A DNA stretch of 64,000 bases from Candidatus Spongiisocius sp. (lineage in GTDB: Bacteria; Actinomycetota; Acidimicrobiia; Spongiisociales; Spongiisociaceae). Of this stretch, positions 10,511 through 18,814 are shown in pieces (within the stretch, counting starts at the first letter, position 1; each line of letters starts with the position of its first letter). The notes below the pieces were generated by a model. That model was given only the letters and a program-made list of their open reading frames with translations. It had not been told where the DNA came from and did no database searches. The stretch lies in the NCBI GenBank assembly GCA_965203035.1, contig OZ241858.1, positions 2,604,838 through 2,668,837 of the forward strand, written 5' to 3'. The position numbers and the translations under genes were made by a program.

Positions 10511-10733
10511 CAGTGCCTCCTGTTTCGGTTGTTCCTCCGCCCACCCTTCTCGGAAGCGAGGCGCCGGGCCGTGCCGTGCTCCCCTTCCGAACCTCCCCGA
10601 GCCGGCTGGCTCGACCGCGGGAGGCTGCAGTGAACGTGCGTGATCGGGTCGATACTAGTTGCTGGTTGATGGCTTCTAGCTGGTAGTTGCTTGGCCCACT
10701 ACACGCTACAAACTATCGGCTACCAACTACCGA

Positions 10734-11660
10734 CTACGCGCGGGGGTGGCTCCGTTCGTAGGTGGCTCTCATGTGATGGCGGGTGACCGAGGTGTAGATC
10801 TGGGTGGTCCCCAACTCGACATGGCCCAGGAGTTGCTGGACGGAGGTCAGATCGGCCCCCCGCTCGAGCAGGTGGGTGGCGAAGGAATGGCGTAGTGCGT
10901 GGGGAAAGGTGCCCGCCCGGTCCCGCACCGTCCGGCGCAGTGTCCGGGGGCTCATGGGCACTCCCCGTGCACCCACCCACAGGGCATCTGTGGGACGCTC
11001 GCCCAGGAGAAGGGGCCGGCCCGCCCGCACGTAGCGGTCGATGGCGATCCTGGCCTGCGCCCCCAGCGGGATCATCCGGTGACGGCCGCCCTTCCCCTCG
11101 ACCGCCAACCGATCCAGCCCGACCGTACCGTCCATGGTGAGGGAGGCCAACTCGGATACCCGCAAGCCGGTGGCGTAAAGGGTTTCGAGAATGGCCCGGT
11201 CTCTCAGGGATTTCGGATCGTCCCCGTCGATCGCTTCGAGCAGCGAGGTCGCGGCCCGCTGGGTTAGGGCCTTGGGAAGGGTCCGGCGGGACTTGGGACG
11301 GGCGATACCGTCGGCCGGGTTGGCGCTGAGGATGCCTCTCCTGACCCCATCCGAGAGGAATGCCCGGATGGCTGAGATCTTGCGGGCGACCGAGCGCCGG
11401 GCGTAACCCTCGCCGTCGAGGTGGGCCAGGAACATCCGTATCGACGTCCGGTCGATACCGGCCAATGAGTCGAGGCCCCGGCCCTCGGCATGGCGGAAGA
11501 ACTGGGTGAGATCGCGCCGGTAGGCGGCCACCGTGTGTTCCGACAGCCCCCGCTGGCTCTCCAGGCGGGACAGGTACGCGCCCAGGTCCGCATCCCACCA
11601 TGGGACCGGATCGGGTTCGTGGCTCGGTGGATACCTCGGGGTCGCCGCCATAGTGCTCAT
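10734..11660 (-). CDS. xerC: tyrosine site-specific recombinase, XerC/XerD type
   Basis: 308 aa with the C-terminal catalytic pattern [12 protein letters not shown] ... LLGH ... TQIYT. The position next to rpsB-tsf matches actinobacterial xerC. Confidence 0.8.
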   Translation of the reverse strand: MSTMAATPRYPPSHEPDPVPWWDADLGAYLSRLESQRGLSEHTVAAYRRDLTQFFRHAEGRGLDSLAGIDRTSIRMFLAHLDGEGYARRSVARKISAIRAFLSDGVRRGILSANPADGIARPKSRRTLPKALTQRAATSLLEAIDGDDPKSLRDRAILETLYATGLRVSELASLTMDGTVGLDRLAVEGKGGRHRMIPLGAQARIAIDRYVRAGRPLLLGERPTDALWVGARGVPMSPRTLRRTVRDRAGTFPHALRHSFATHLLERGADLTSVQQLLGHVELGTTQIYTSVTRHHMRATYERSHPRA

Positions 11661-11700
11661 CTTGGTCGATTCCGGCCCCGATGCGGTGCATTGGGTCTGG

Positions 11701-12138
11701 TCAGGGGGCTATGACGCCCAAGGAGGTCGCATGCCCGTCCGCCATCTTGTAGGCCCGGATGACCCACTTCGCGTTCCGATCGCGTCCGATGACGAACGAA
11801 ATCCAGTCCGGATCGATCCCTGCGTCCAGGTCGGTGGTGGACGGACGGGCCGGACCCCGCGGGTGGGAGTGGTAGACCGCGCCGATCCTCCACCCGCACT
11901 CGTCCGCCTCCTTGACCACCCCGAAATGCTCGACAGGGTCCAACTCGAAGCGATCCGGATCGGGGTGGACGTTGGTGGTGCGATAGAGACGGACCGGACG
12001 GCCGGCGCCGTCATAGACGATCAGGCCGCAGGCCTCCCGGGGACTGGCTTCGGCGGCATGGGCGATCATCGTTCTGGCCATCGCCGGCAGGAGTCGGGCG
12101 TCGGCCGCGATCACGGAGCCAGCCGCGCCTTTCGCCAA
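11701..12138 (-). CDS. JAMM/MPN+ (Mov34) metalloprotease family protein
   Basis: 145 aa carrying EACG ... [15 protein letters not shown], which is the E / HxH / S / D JAMM motif. Confidence 0.8.
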   Translation of the reverse strand: MAKGAAGSVIAADARLLPAMARTMIAHAAEASPREACGLIVYDGAGRPVRLYRTTNVHPDPDRFELDPVEHFGVVKEADECGWRIGAVYHSHPRGPARPSTTDLDAGIDPDWISFVIGRDRNAKWVIRAYKMADGHATSLGVIAP

Positions 12139-12755
12139 CCGCCTCCTTCGGCGAGGTAGACGACCCGGTCATGCAGGCGGTGTCGCCTGCCCTGCCAGAA
12201 CTCGAACCGTTCGGGACGGACCCTCCAACCTCCCCAATGGGCCGGCCTGGGCACCTCACCATCCTCGAACTCGGCCTCCTTGCCCGTCACCAGGCGTTCG
12301 AGCGCGGCCCGGTCGGGTATCTCCCGGCTCTGCGGGGAAGCAGCGGCCGCGATCCGGGCGCCGCGGGGACGCGAGGCGAAGTACCCATCAGACTCTGCAT
12401 CGCTGACCGCCGCCACCGGCCCCTCGATCCTGACCTGGCGGTGCAGCTCCAGCCAGAGAAAGCAGAAGGCCGCCCGCGGGTTGGCCGCCAATTCCTCCGA
12501 CTTGCGGCTCTCGAGGTTGGTGTAGAACACGAACCCGGACCGGTCGTACCCCTTGAGCAACACCACCCGGGCCGAGGGACGTCCCCGGCCGTCAACGGTG
12601 GCGACCGTCATCGCGTTGGCCTGCGGCATCCCCGCGTCCACAGCCTCGTTGAACCAGCGGTCGAACTGGCGGACCGGGTCCGGATCGGCCTCCCCCATCG
12701 AGAGCCCCTCCGTCTCGTACTCCTCCCGGAGACGAGCCATCCTCCGATCAACCAT
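12111..12755 (-). CDS. pdxH: pyridoxamine 5'-phosphate oxidase
   Basis: 214 aa with RVVLLKGYD, FVFYTNLESRK and FEFWQGRRHRLHDR motifs. Confidence 0.9.
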   Translation of the reverse strand: MVDRRMARLREEYETEGLSMGEADPDPVRQFDRWFNEAVDAGMPQANAMTVATVDGRGRPSARVVLLKGYDRSGFVFYTNLESRKSEELAANPRAAFCFLWLELHRQVRIEGPVAAVSDAESDGYFASRPRGARIAAAASPQSREIPDRAALERLVTGKEAEFEDGEVPRPAHWGGWRVRPERFEFWQGRRHRLHDRVVYLAEGGGWRKARLAP

Positions 12756-12835
12756 AACTGCCCGCTTCTATATCAGTTCTCAATAATTGTAGTCTGACAA
12801 GAAACGCCAGCCTGGATACGAGGACGACCACCGGG

Positions 12836-14116
12836 TCACGGGCCGAGGGCGGTGAGCGGTAGGACCAGGACCCCGTCGTCGCGGCGGTATCCGTATCCCA
12901 CCGCGGTGATCACTACCAGATTGGCGGGCGATCCGATATGGCGGGCGTCGACGACATCGCGCAGTTTGAGGAGAGACTTGGCCGCGGCCTCGATGGCATC
13001 CTCTCCGCCCAGCTTCACTTCGACCGCGATCCAAGCTCCATCACCTCGCTCGACGATCACGTCGATCTCGAGTCCGTTGCTGTCACGGTAATGGGCCAGG
13101 TGGCCGCGGCCGGCCTCTGCGTAGATCCGCAAGTCGCGCACGACCAGCGACTCGAACAGGAAACCGAAGGAGGACAGATCCTTCCGCAACCTGGCAGGAT
13201 TCGCATCCAACGCAGCCACCGCCAGCGAGGGATCCGCCAGATGGCGCTTCGGCATCCGGCGGAGACGGGCGCGAGACCGCAGCGCCACCGACCAGGCAGG
13301 CACATCCTCTACCACGAACAGGCGCTTCAATGAGTCCAGATAAGCGCCCACCGTGCGGGCATCCATCTGCTTGTCACCCGCTGTGTCACTGGCGAGGGTT
13401 CGCGCCGACGCCTCGGTTGCCACGTTCCGGGCCAGAGACCGCAGGAGGCGGGTCACCCCGATCGGGTCTCGAGCCGGCCCTCCCAGCTGGGCGATGTCTG
13501 TCCGGCACACCTCTTGGAGATACGACCTGGCGTAGTCCTGCGCGACAGTCAGTTCCATCCCCACGCAGGCGGGCCATCCGCCGCGGCACGTTGCCTCGAC
13601 CACGTCTCCCAGGTCGGGATCCGGCCGGGAAACGAACACCGGGTCGGGCAGGAACAGGTCGCTCATCGACACCTGGCCCGACGCCAGGCCCGTCTCGTAG
13701 AGCGACATAGGCCGCATCTGGATTCTCATGATGCGGCCGGTTCCGGTATGACGGGTCAAGTCATCAGCCGGCGTCGCCGAGCCGGTCAGGATGAACCGTC
13801 CCGGCCTGCGGCCGTCGTCCCCGGCTGCTCTCACCTGGTTCCAGATTTCGGGCGCAAGCTGCCATTCGTCCAGCAGTCGCGGCTCGGGGCCGTCCAGCAG
13901 TCCGGCGGGATCGACCTGGGCTGCCAGTCGAGCGTCCGGACTCGACCCGAACATCACCTCGCTGCGAGAGTGCTGCCGCCCCGTGGAGGTCTTCCCGCAC
14001 GCCCGCGGCCCCTCCAGCACCACTGCGGGCATGGCCGCCAGCCCGGCCGTCACCCGGGCATCCACGACCCTGGGCAGGTATGGATCGCGTGTTTGGTCGT
14101 CTGCCAAGAGGGTCAT
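12836..14116 (-). CDS. AAA+ ATPase of the COG1373 / AAA_14 + DUF4143 type (paralogue A)
   Basis: 426 aa with Walker A GPRACGKTS and Walker B-like RLLDEWQ. Clear paralogue of 27171..28442: a 64-aa stretch aligned by eye is 48/64 identical. Confidence 0.85.
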   Translation of the reverse strand: MTLLADDQTRDPYLPRVVDARVTAGLAAMPAVVLEGPRACGKTSTGRQHSRSEVMFGSSPDARLAAQVDPAGLLDGPEPRLLDEWQLAPEIWNQVRAAGDDGRRPGRFILTGSATPADDLTRHTGTGRIMRIQMRPMSLYETGLASGQVSMSDLFLPDPVFVSRPDPDLGDVVEATCRGGWPACVGMELTVAQDYARSYLQEVCRTDIAQLGGPARDPIGVTRLLRSLARNVATEASARTLASDTAGDKQMDARTVGAYLDSLKRLFVVEDVPAWSVALRSRARLRRMPKRHLADPSLAVAALDANPARLRKDLSSFGFLFESLVVRDLRIYAEAGRGHLAHYRDSNGLEIDVIVERGDGAWIAVEVKLGGEDAIEAAAKSLLKLRDVVDARHIGSPANLVVITAVGYGYRRDDGVLVLPLTALGP

Positions 14117-14128
14117 CGAACTGAATGT

Positions 14129-14183
14129 ATCAGATGTTGGACCTTCAATGCATCAGTTGTTGGATATCTGATGTAGCAGTTGG
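14129..14183. promoter_or_regulatory. three phased direct repeats (ATCAGWTGTTGGA-like, 23-bp spacing) immediately upstream of ATPase paralogue A
   Basis: atcagatgttgga at 14129, atcagttgttgga at 14152 and a degenerate agcagttgg at 14175. The catcag...ctgatg dyad spans 14151-14172. The spacer is AT-richer than its flanks. Confidence 0.4.
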
Positions 14184-14242
14184 CGGGAGTTTAATGTTCC
14201 ATTCAGGGCGAAGATGCGGCGACTGACCGGTTCCCGGCCGCG

Positions 14243-14986
14243 ATGACACTCGCCGGGCTCGCGACCGCCGAGGAGGCATCCGGCTCCCCCGGCAGTGACC
14301 TGCCCGGAGATACGGACATTGAGGCGGCGGGATCGTTCGAGGACGTGTCGGGTACGCATCGGGCGAGTGTGGAGGTTCTGGCTGAGAAAGGAATCTTCGA
14401 CGGAACGGAGTGCGCCACAGGCCGGTTCTGCCCCAACCTTCCCATCCAGCGCTGGGTGATGGCGGTCTGGCTGGTCCGGGCACTGGACGGCGCCGACCCG
14501 GCCCCCGCCGATCCGGCGCGGTTCGCCGACGTCGACGAACGTGCATGGTGGGCAGTCCATGTGGAACGCCTCGCAGAGCTGGGAATCACCCAGGGATGCG
14601 CGACCGAGCCGGCCCGCTTCTGTCCCGAATCGCCGGTCCCCCGCGCGCAGATGGCCACCTTCCTGACCCGCGCTTTCCGGTTGCCATCCGGGCCGGCGGC
14701 GGGATTCGCAGACGTGGCGGACGGCAGCACCCACCAACCGGGTATCGCCGCCGTGGCCGCGGCCGGGATCACCACCGGATGCAAGGTCGAACCGGCCCGC
14801 TACTGCCCGCAGCGGGCCACCACCCGGGCGCACATGGCCACCTTCCTGACCCGCGCTCTCGAGTTCGACCGTACGAACCCGCCCGGGCCCTCCGGCATCC
14901 CCGCTCCGGGACCTGGTACCAGCAGCTTGGCGAGGATTCCACTCAACCTCTGGTATTTGGGATCACCGGGTGGGGCAACTCGGTGA
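14243..14986 (+). CDS. S-layer-homology (SLH) repeat protein fragment, probably a gene remnant
   Basis: Three repeats of the pattern F(E/A)DV...(GI/GIT)..GC.....FCP......R.QMA.FL.RA. There is no signal peptide or anchoring/catalytic domain, and the ORF ends at an abrupt GC drop. Confidence 0.5.
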   Translation: MTLAGLATAEEASGSPGSDLPGDTDIEAAGSFEDVSGTHRASVEVLAEKGIFDGTECATGRFCPNLPIQRWVMAVWLVRALDGADPAPADPARFADVDERAWWAVHVERLAELGITQGCATEPARFCPESPVPRAQMATFLTRAFRLPSGPAAGFADVADGSTHQPGIAAVAAAGITTGCKVEPARYCPQRATTRAHMATFLTRALEFDRTNPPGPSGIPAPGPGTSSLARIPLNLWYLGSPGGATR

Positions 14987-15011
14987 TCGAGGCCGGGATT
15001 CTCGATGATCG

Positions 15012-15677
15012 TCAGCACCATGGCATCCCCCACACACACTCCTCATATCGTGGTGCAGTCGGCAAAACCACATCCGGCACACTCACAATCTCAATCGTCC
15101 AATACATGTGCTCAAAACTAATTGTCACAAGGTCAGGACTCCACCCCCGAAAATCACGGATCTCGAACGTGTACTCACCACGAAACCCAAACCAACGCTC
15201 ACCGTACTCATCAGATACTGGGGTCAACTCATAGGAACGCCAATCCTCACAACCACTATGAGTACTATACGAACCGAGCGGCTCACTCTTCCAAGAATCC
15301 TCGTCGGGATCATAGGAATCAACAGAGTCTCGATACACACTAAAGACATGACAGTTCAAGTTCAGAGCCTCCAAATCCTCATAGGTAATCCATTCCCGAC
15401 CAAACAAGCCGTAATGCCAATGCTCGCTTACCCACAAGTAAGACATGCCCTCACCATGATCCTGATGTTGACCCAGCAAACTATCATAAGTAACCCTAAT
15501 TATCGTACCAGCCGGTATACTCCCCAGAAATAAGTTACCCCAACTCCCACTATTACCGGTCAATTCGGTTATGACCACACCCGGACGAGAGACCTCACTC
15601 GAATCGGCCACAGCAGGTGACACCGCTCCGACCACAAGCATCACAGCAGTCGCAATAGTCGCCAGTAATTTCCTCAT
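15012..15677 (-). CDS. orphan secreted protein (Trp/Tyr/Asp/Glu-rich), AT-rich foreign-looking gene
   Basis: 221 aa with a Sec signal peptide (MRKLLATIATAVMLVVGAVSPAVA|DSS). Base composition is far more AT-rich than the rest of the window. No family recognised. Confidence 0.7.
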   Translation of the reverse strand: MRKLLATIATAVMLVVGAVSPAVADSSEVSRPGVVITELTGNSGSWGNLFLGSIPAGTIIRVTYDSLLGQHQDHGEGMSYLWVSEHWHYGLFGREWITYEDLEALNLNCHVFSVYRDSVDSYDPDEDSWKSEPLGSYSTHSGCEDWRSYELTPVSDEYGERWFGFRGEYTFEIRDFRGWSPDLVTISFEHMYWTIEIVSVPDVVLPTAPRYEECVWGMPWC

Positions 15678-15769
15678 CCTATGTCCTTAAAGCTGCGTGC
15701 AACAGGCAACTACCCGCCGCGAAACGCCCTGCGTTGGTTGACTACCCGCAGCATGCACGACCTCGACTG

Positions 15770-15793
15770 TTTTGGTGATGCCCGCCACCAAAA
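15770..15793. terminator. hairpin with A/T-tract arms (ttttggtg-atgcccgc-caccaaaa)
   Basis: Perfect 8-bp inverted repeat between the 79-aa ORF and the AT-rich secreted-protein gene. Confidence 0.4.
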
Positions 15794-15861
15794 TGTAAAG
15801 AGACTGGATGGCACCCCCGACCTCACGGGAGAGCGCGGAGCATGCGCTCTTCACAGTCCCC

Positions 15862-16101
15862 TCATGCATGGTAGACCATACCTGCTATCACCTGGTCGAT
15901 GTCATCCGAATCCCACCCCTTTTCGGCAGCTGTGGCAGGCAGACCAGCCAGGATGGACTCCATCATGTCATCAGGTGCGAAGGGGCCTTGTTCTGTTGCC
16001 ATGCAGAACAACACCGTTAGCCCGGCCGCCTCGTTGATGATTTCCCGGTTATCGGTGTCGTACGGGACAAGCACGGTGGTCCGTGGTGGAGGTCTGGACA
16101 T
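15862..16101 (-). CDS. hypothetical acidic 79-aa protein
   Basis: An ORF only, with plausible composition and no recognisable motif. A 21-codon hydrophobic mini-ORF precedes it; its stop abuts this ATG (tgaATG). Confidence 0.35.
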   Translation of the reverse strand: MSRPPPRTTVLVPYDTDNREIINEAAGLTVLFCMATEQGPFAPDDMMESILAGLPATAAEKGWDSDDIDQVIAGMVYHA

Positions 16102-16240
16102 TCACGCAACCGTGGCGATCAGGATGAAGGCGAGCAGAGCCAGCGTGACAGCCGTGGTCCGTTTCATCCCCCGCCGCCTTTGCGGACCCTGTGCCGGGTC
16201 AGCCGGGTCACCTGTCGGGGCGTCGACCGGCCCTGACACG

Positions 16241-16450
16241 TCACTTCGGTTTTCCCACCGAGCCCCCGATCAGGCTGATTAGGGACGGGATGCCCACGAG
16301 CACTAACGCGATCGCAAACATCGGACCGAAACGGCGCCGGCAGACGGCGATAGCGGCGCTGAGAATCTCGCCAACACTGAGCGGACGCAACGGCAGACCG
16401 GCTTCGGTTGCGCTCTTGCGGTCAAACAATGTCACCCCACAACCACTCAC
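16241..16450 (-). pseudogene. N-terminal fragment of a membrane protein (remnant)
   Basis: 69 aa. LRPLSVGEILSAAIAVCRRRFGPMFAIALVLVG resembles the first TM segment of larger membrane proteins, and the ORF stops after about one TM. Confidence 0.3.
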
Positions 16451-16786
16451 ACCAGCGGCTCCACGAACTGGTGTGAGACCAGTGAACCTATCGAGAAACT
16501 AAAGCTCGTGACATGAGCATGAGACTCGGGTCGAAGACAACTCCCCCCTGCGATGAGGACATCGCCTGGCACGTGATCGTGAGACCCGGACGATCTCCGC
16601 GGAGCAGGTAGAGGTGCTGCAGGCGCTAGCGGGCGGCCCGACCAACCGGCCGCTCCAGCCCGCCAACGGCCGGCCGATCACGCTCGAGGGCGTGGCCTCC
16701 CCGCAGGCGTGAGCGCCGAATGACCGCCCCTACATGCTGATCCGGTGGCGCTCCGACTTCCGTCCCGGTCCCGAATAGCCGGTTTG

Positions 16787-18028
16787 CTACGCGGCGGGGT
16801 TGACCAGGCGGCCGACGAATAGGACAGCGCCGGTGTTCTGGTGGACGATGGTCCAGAGGAAGGGGCGGTCGGCGACGATGGTGAGATCCGCGTCGGGCGG
16901 TGCGGACTCTGTGAAGGCCATGGCGGTGGCTGCTGCCGCTTCGGTGCCTTTCTCGTCGACGATCACCTTGGCGCCGTGGAGCGCAGCAGTGATGAAGATG
17001 CCGGGAGCAATACCGTCGAAGCGTGCTCCGGCACAGAACCCCAGCGGACATAGCCATTCGAACAGATCCGTGGGGGGCAACGTCTGTTCCCACTTTGGCA
17101 TGGTGAGATCGACATAGCCCGTTCGGGCGGCATCCTGCAGTCCGGCCAGTGCCTCGGCGTCGAGCGATTCCTCGACGGCTGCGAGACCGGCGGGGTCGTG
17201 GGGGACGATGAGCCACATGGCCAGCTCGCCGCCTTTGTAAGGCAACTCGACGGCGTCGGCGTCCTCAAGCTGAACGAAGCGACGATGGACCGGTTCCCTG
17301 TCACGCATGAACGGCGCCACCACCGACCTGTTGCCGTCGGTGGTGAACGGGCCTTCGGCGGTCAACTCCGGGAGGAACGGCTCGACCCAGTCGGCCTTCA
17401 GGTACACCGTGTTGGCGAGGATCAGCCGCTGGTCCCGGACGACACTCTCGGTGACGATGACCGGGATGAGACCGCGGGTGCGCCCCGACACCCATCGGTT
17501 GATGGCATCGGCCGCAGCGTCGGCGGCTGCGGTGTCGATCGGCTGGATGGCCGCTCCGTATTGAGCAGAAGCGATGTCGACAAACTCGGGCAGCGGCGAG
17601 AAGTCGTCGTCAGGGAACAACCGGGTGGCAACCTCCAAGACGGTGGTATCCACCGATGCTCTGGCCAGTGCCAGATCGGCGGCGTTGGCGGCAGCGTGGA
17701 GATCGATCTCCGGGAACCCGAAGATCCCATCGAGCACCGCCCCGGAGTCGGCCGACGCCCCGGCCCGGCTCAGGCTGAAAGCGATGCCGATGCTCACCGG
17801 GCTGGAGACCGCATTGCCCTCCAGATGCCGATGAAAGCCCCACCCGGCTGCATTGACACCGGCAACCCAATCACCGGCCGGGGCTCCAGGATCAACCGGC
17901 GCCCGATCAACGGTCGGCTCCGGAACCGCCACGGCCGTGTCCGGCGAACCGCACGCCGCTGCGACAAAGCACAGCAAGACCACAAACCCCAGTGCCCTTG
18001 TCATAACAACCTCCAGTGCCGTGGTCAT
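16787..18028 (-). CDS. serpin-family protease inhibitor, probable lipoprotein
   Basis: 413 aa with a lipobox-like signal (LLCFVAAAC|G) and an inhibitory-type hinge/RCL (EKGTEAAAATAMAFTES). The C-terminal serpin signature is DRPFLWTIVHQNTGAVLFVGRLVNP. The start may be the internal Met at 18004. Confidence 0.85.
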   Translation of the reverse strand: MTTALEVVMTRALGFVVLLCFVAAACGSPDTAVAVPEPTVDRAPVDPGAPAGDWVAGVNAAGWGFHRHLEGNAVSSPVSIGIAFSLSRAGASADSGAVLDGIFGFPEIDLHAAANAADLALARASVDTTVLEVATRLFPDDDFSPLPEFVDIASAQYGAAIQPIDTAAADAAADAINRWVSGRTRGLIPVIVTESVVRDQRLILANTVYLKADWVEPFLPELTAEGPFTTDGNRSVVAPFMRDREPVHRRFVQLEDADAVELPYKGGELAMWLIVPHDPAGLAAVEESLDAEALAGLQDAARTGYVDLTMPKWEQTLPPTDLFEWLCPLGFCAGARFDGIAPGIFITAALHGAKVIVDEKGTEAAAATAMAFTESAPPDADLTIVADRPFLWTIVHQNTGAVLFVGRLVNPAA

Positions 18029-18187
18029 GACTATCAGACGCTACAGGGGGCGCTCAGGGTTCCCGAGGTCAACTCGCGACAGCCCGCACCGCGCCAGCTA
18101 ACACATCCGGGGCAGAGGCTGCGCAACGGGAGCTACACCGCCCCGGTTTCTACACCCACCCTGGCACCGATTCCCGGAATCGTGTGA

Positions 18188-18433
18188 AAGCGACAAGGTA
18201 TTTCAAAAGAGCAGGTCCTGCGCAAGCGACCCTACATCGATCCGGCTTGGTGCACCCAGGTCGTGTCTAATCCGATGCACCGAGAACCCCAGCCGGACGG
18301 GCGCGTCCGCTACCGGGGTGAGGTAGCACGCCCCGATGAGACAACACCTCGTTTCCTCCGGGTTGTCATTGGAGGACGGCGAGACCATCCACAATGCCTT
18401 CTTCGATCGCCGGTCCCGGAGGACGGACCATGA
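18188..18433 (+). pseudogene. decayed DUF4258-like (putative toxin) gene
   Basis: The frame opening after TGA at 18185 reads ..ISKEQVLRKRPYIDPAWCTQVVSNPMHREPQPDGRVRYRGEV...RFLRVV with no canonical start. The conserved tail LEDGETIHNAFFDRR is in the +1 frame from about 18369. Confidence 0.4.
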
Positions 18434-18642
18434 GACTCCACTACTACTCGGAGACCGACAGCCTCTACATCGAGTTCAAGCCGATCCCTGGTACCGAAAC
18501 CCGCGAGATCGTCGGTGGGCTGAACGTGGACCTCGATGCCGAGGGCGTAGTGGTCGGCCTCGACATCGACGCGTCGAAGCTACTGGACCTCTCAACTCTC
18601 GAAGCCGAGTCGTTACCCCTGCGCGAGACCGCCGGTATCTAA
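18430..18642 (+). CDS. DUF2283-family small protein (putative antitoxin partner)
   Basis: MRLHYYSETDSLYIEFKPIPGTETREIVGGLNVDLDAEGVVVGLDI is the classic DUF2283 pattern. The ATG at 18430 overlaps the upstream frame's TGA (ATGA). Confidence 0.75.
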   Translation: MRLHYYSETDSLYIEFKPIPGTETREIVGGLNVDLDAEGVVVGLDIDASKLLDLSTLEAESLPLRETAGI

Positions 18643-18814
18643 CTCCGTCACGCGTGGTGCTCCGGAAGGCTCGAGTCGCCGCTGGTGGGCTGCGTGCCGG
18701 CCTGACACACCGTCACCCCCTTCCGGAGGGCGCCTAGATCACGCGCTCCGGTCCCCCTGCGGCCTGACGGTGGGACAGCCGCCTGCGGCGATCAGTCATG
18801 CCCGCGCGGGGCTG

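Noticed and set aside
10641-10733. AT-richer rpsB-xerC spacer with TAGTTG-type repeats and an 8-bp inverted repeat GGTAGTTG/CAACTACC (10682-10689 / 10724-10731).
   Set aside because: The stem is short, the loop is 34 nt and there is no U-tract. I cannot tell a xerC terminator from rpsB promoter/leader elements, and it does not resemble a 28-bp dif site. It is noted only as ordinary intergenic structure.
10734-11660. XerC-type recombinase as the integrase of the downstream accessory region.
   Set aside because: It sits in the conserved rpsB-tsf...xerC position known from other Actinobacteria. Core genes (the JAMM protein and pdxH) separate it from the accessory patch. I found no att-like duplication.
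16560-16690. Plus-strand frame reading ...RTISAEQVEVLQALAGGPTNRPL..., vaguely like an HTH (LuxR/transposase OrfA) fragment.
   Set aside because: It is too short and degenerate, with no start codon and no flanking transposase body or inverted repeats. At best it is another remnant.
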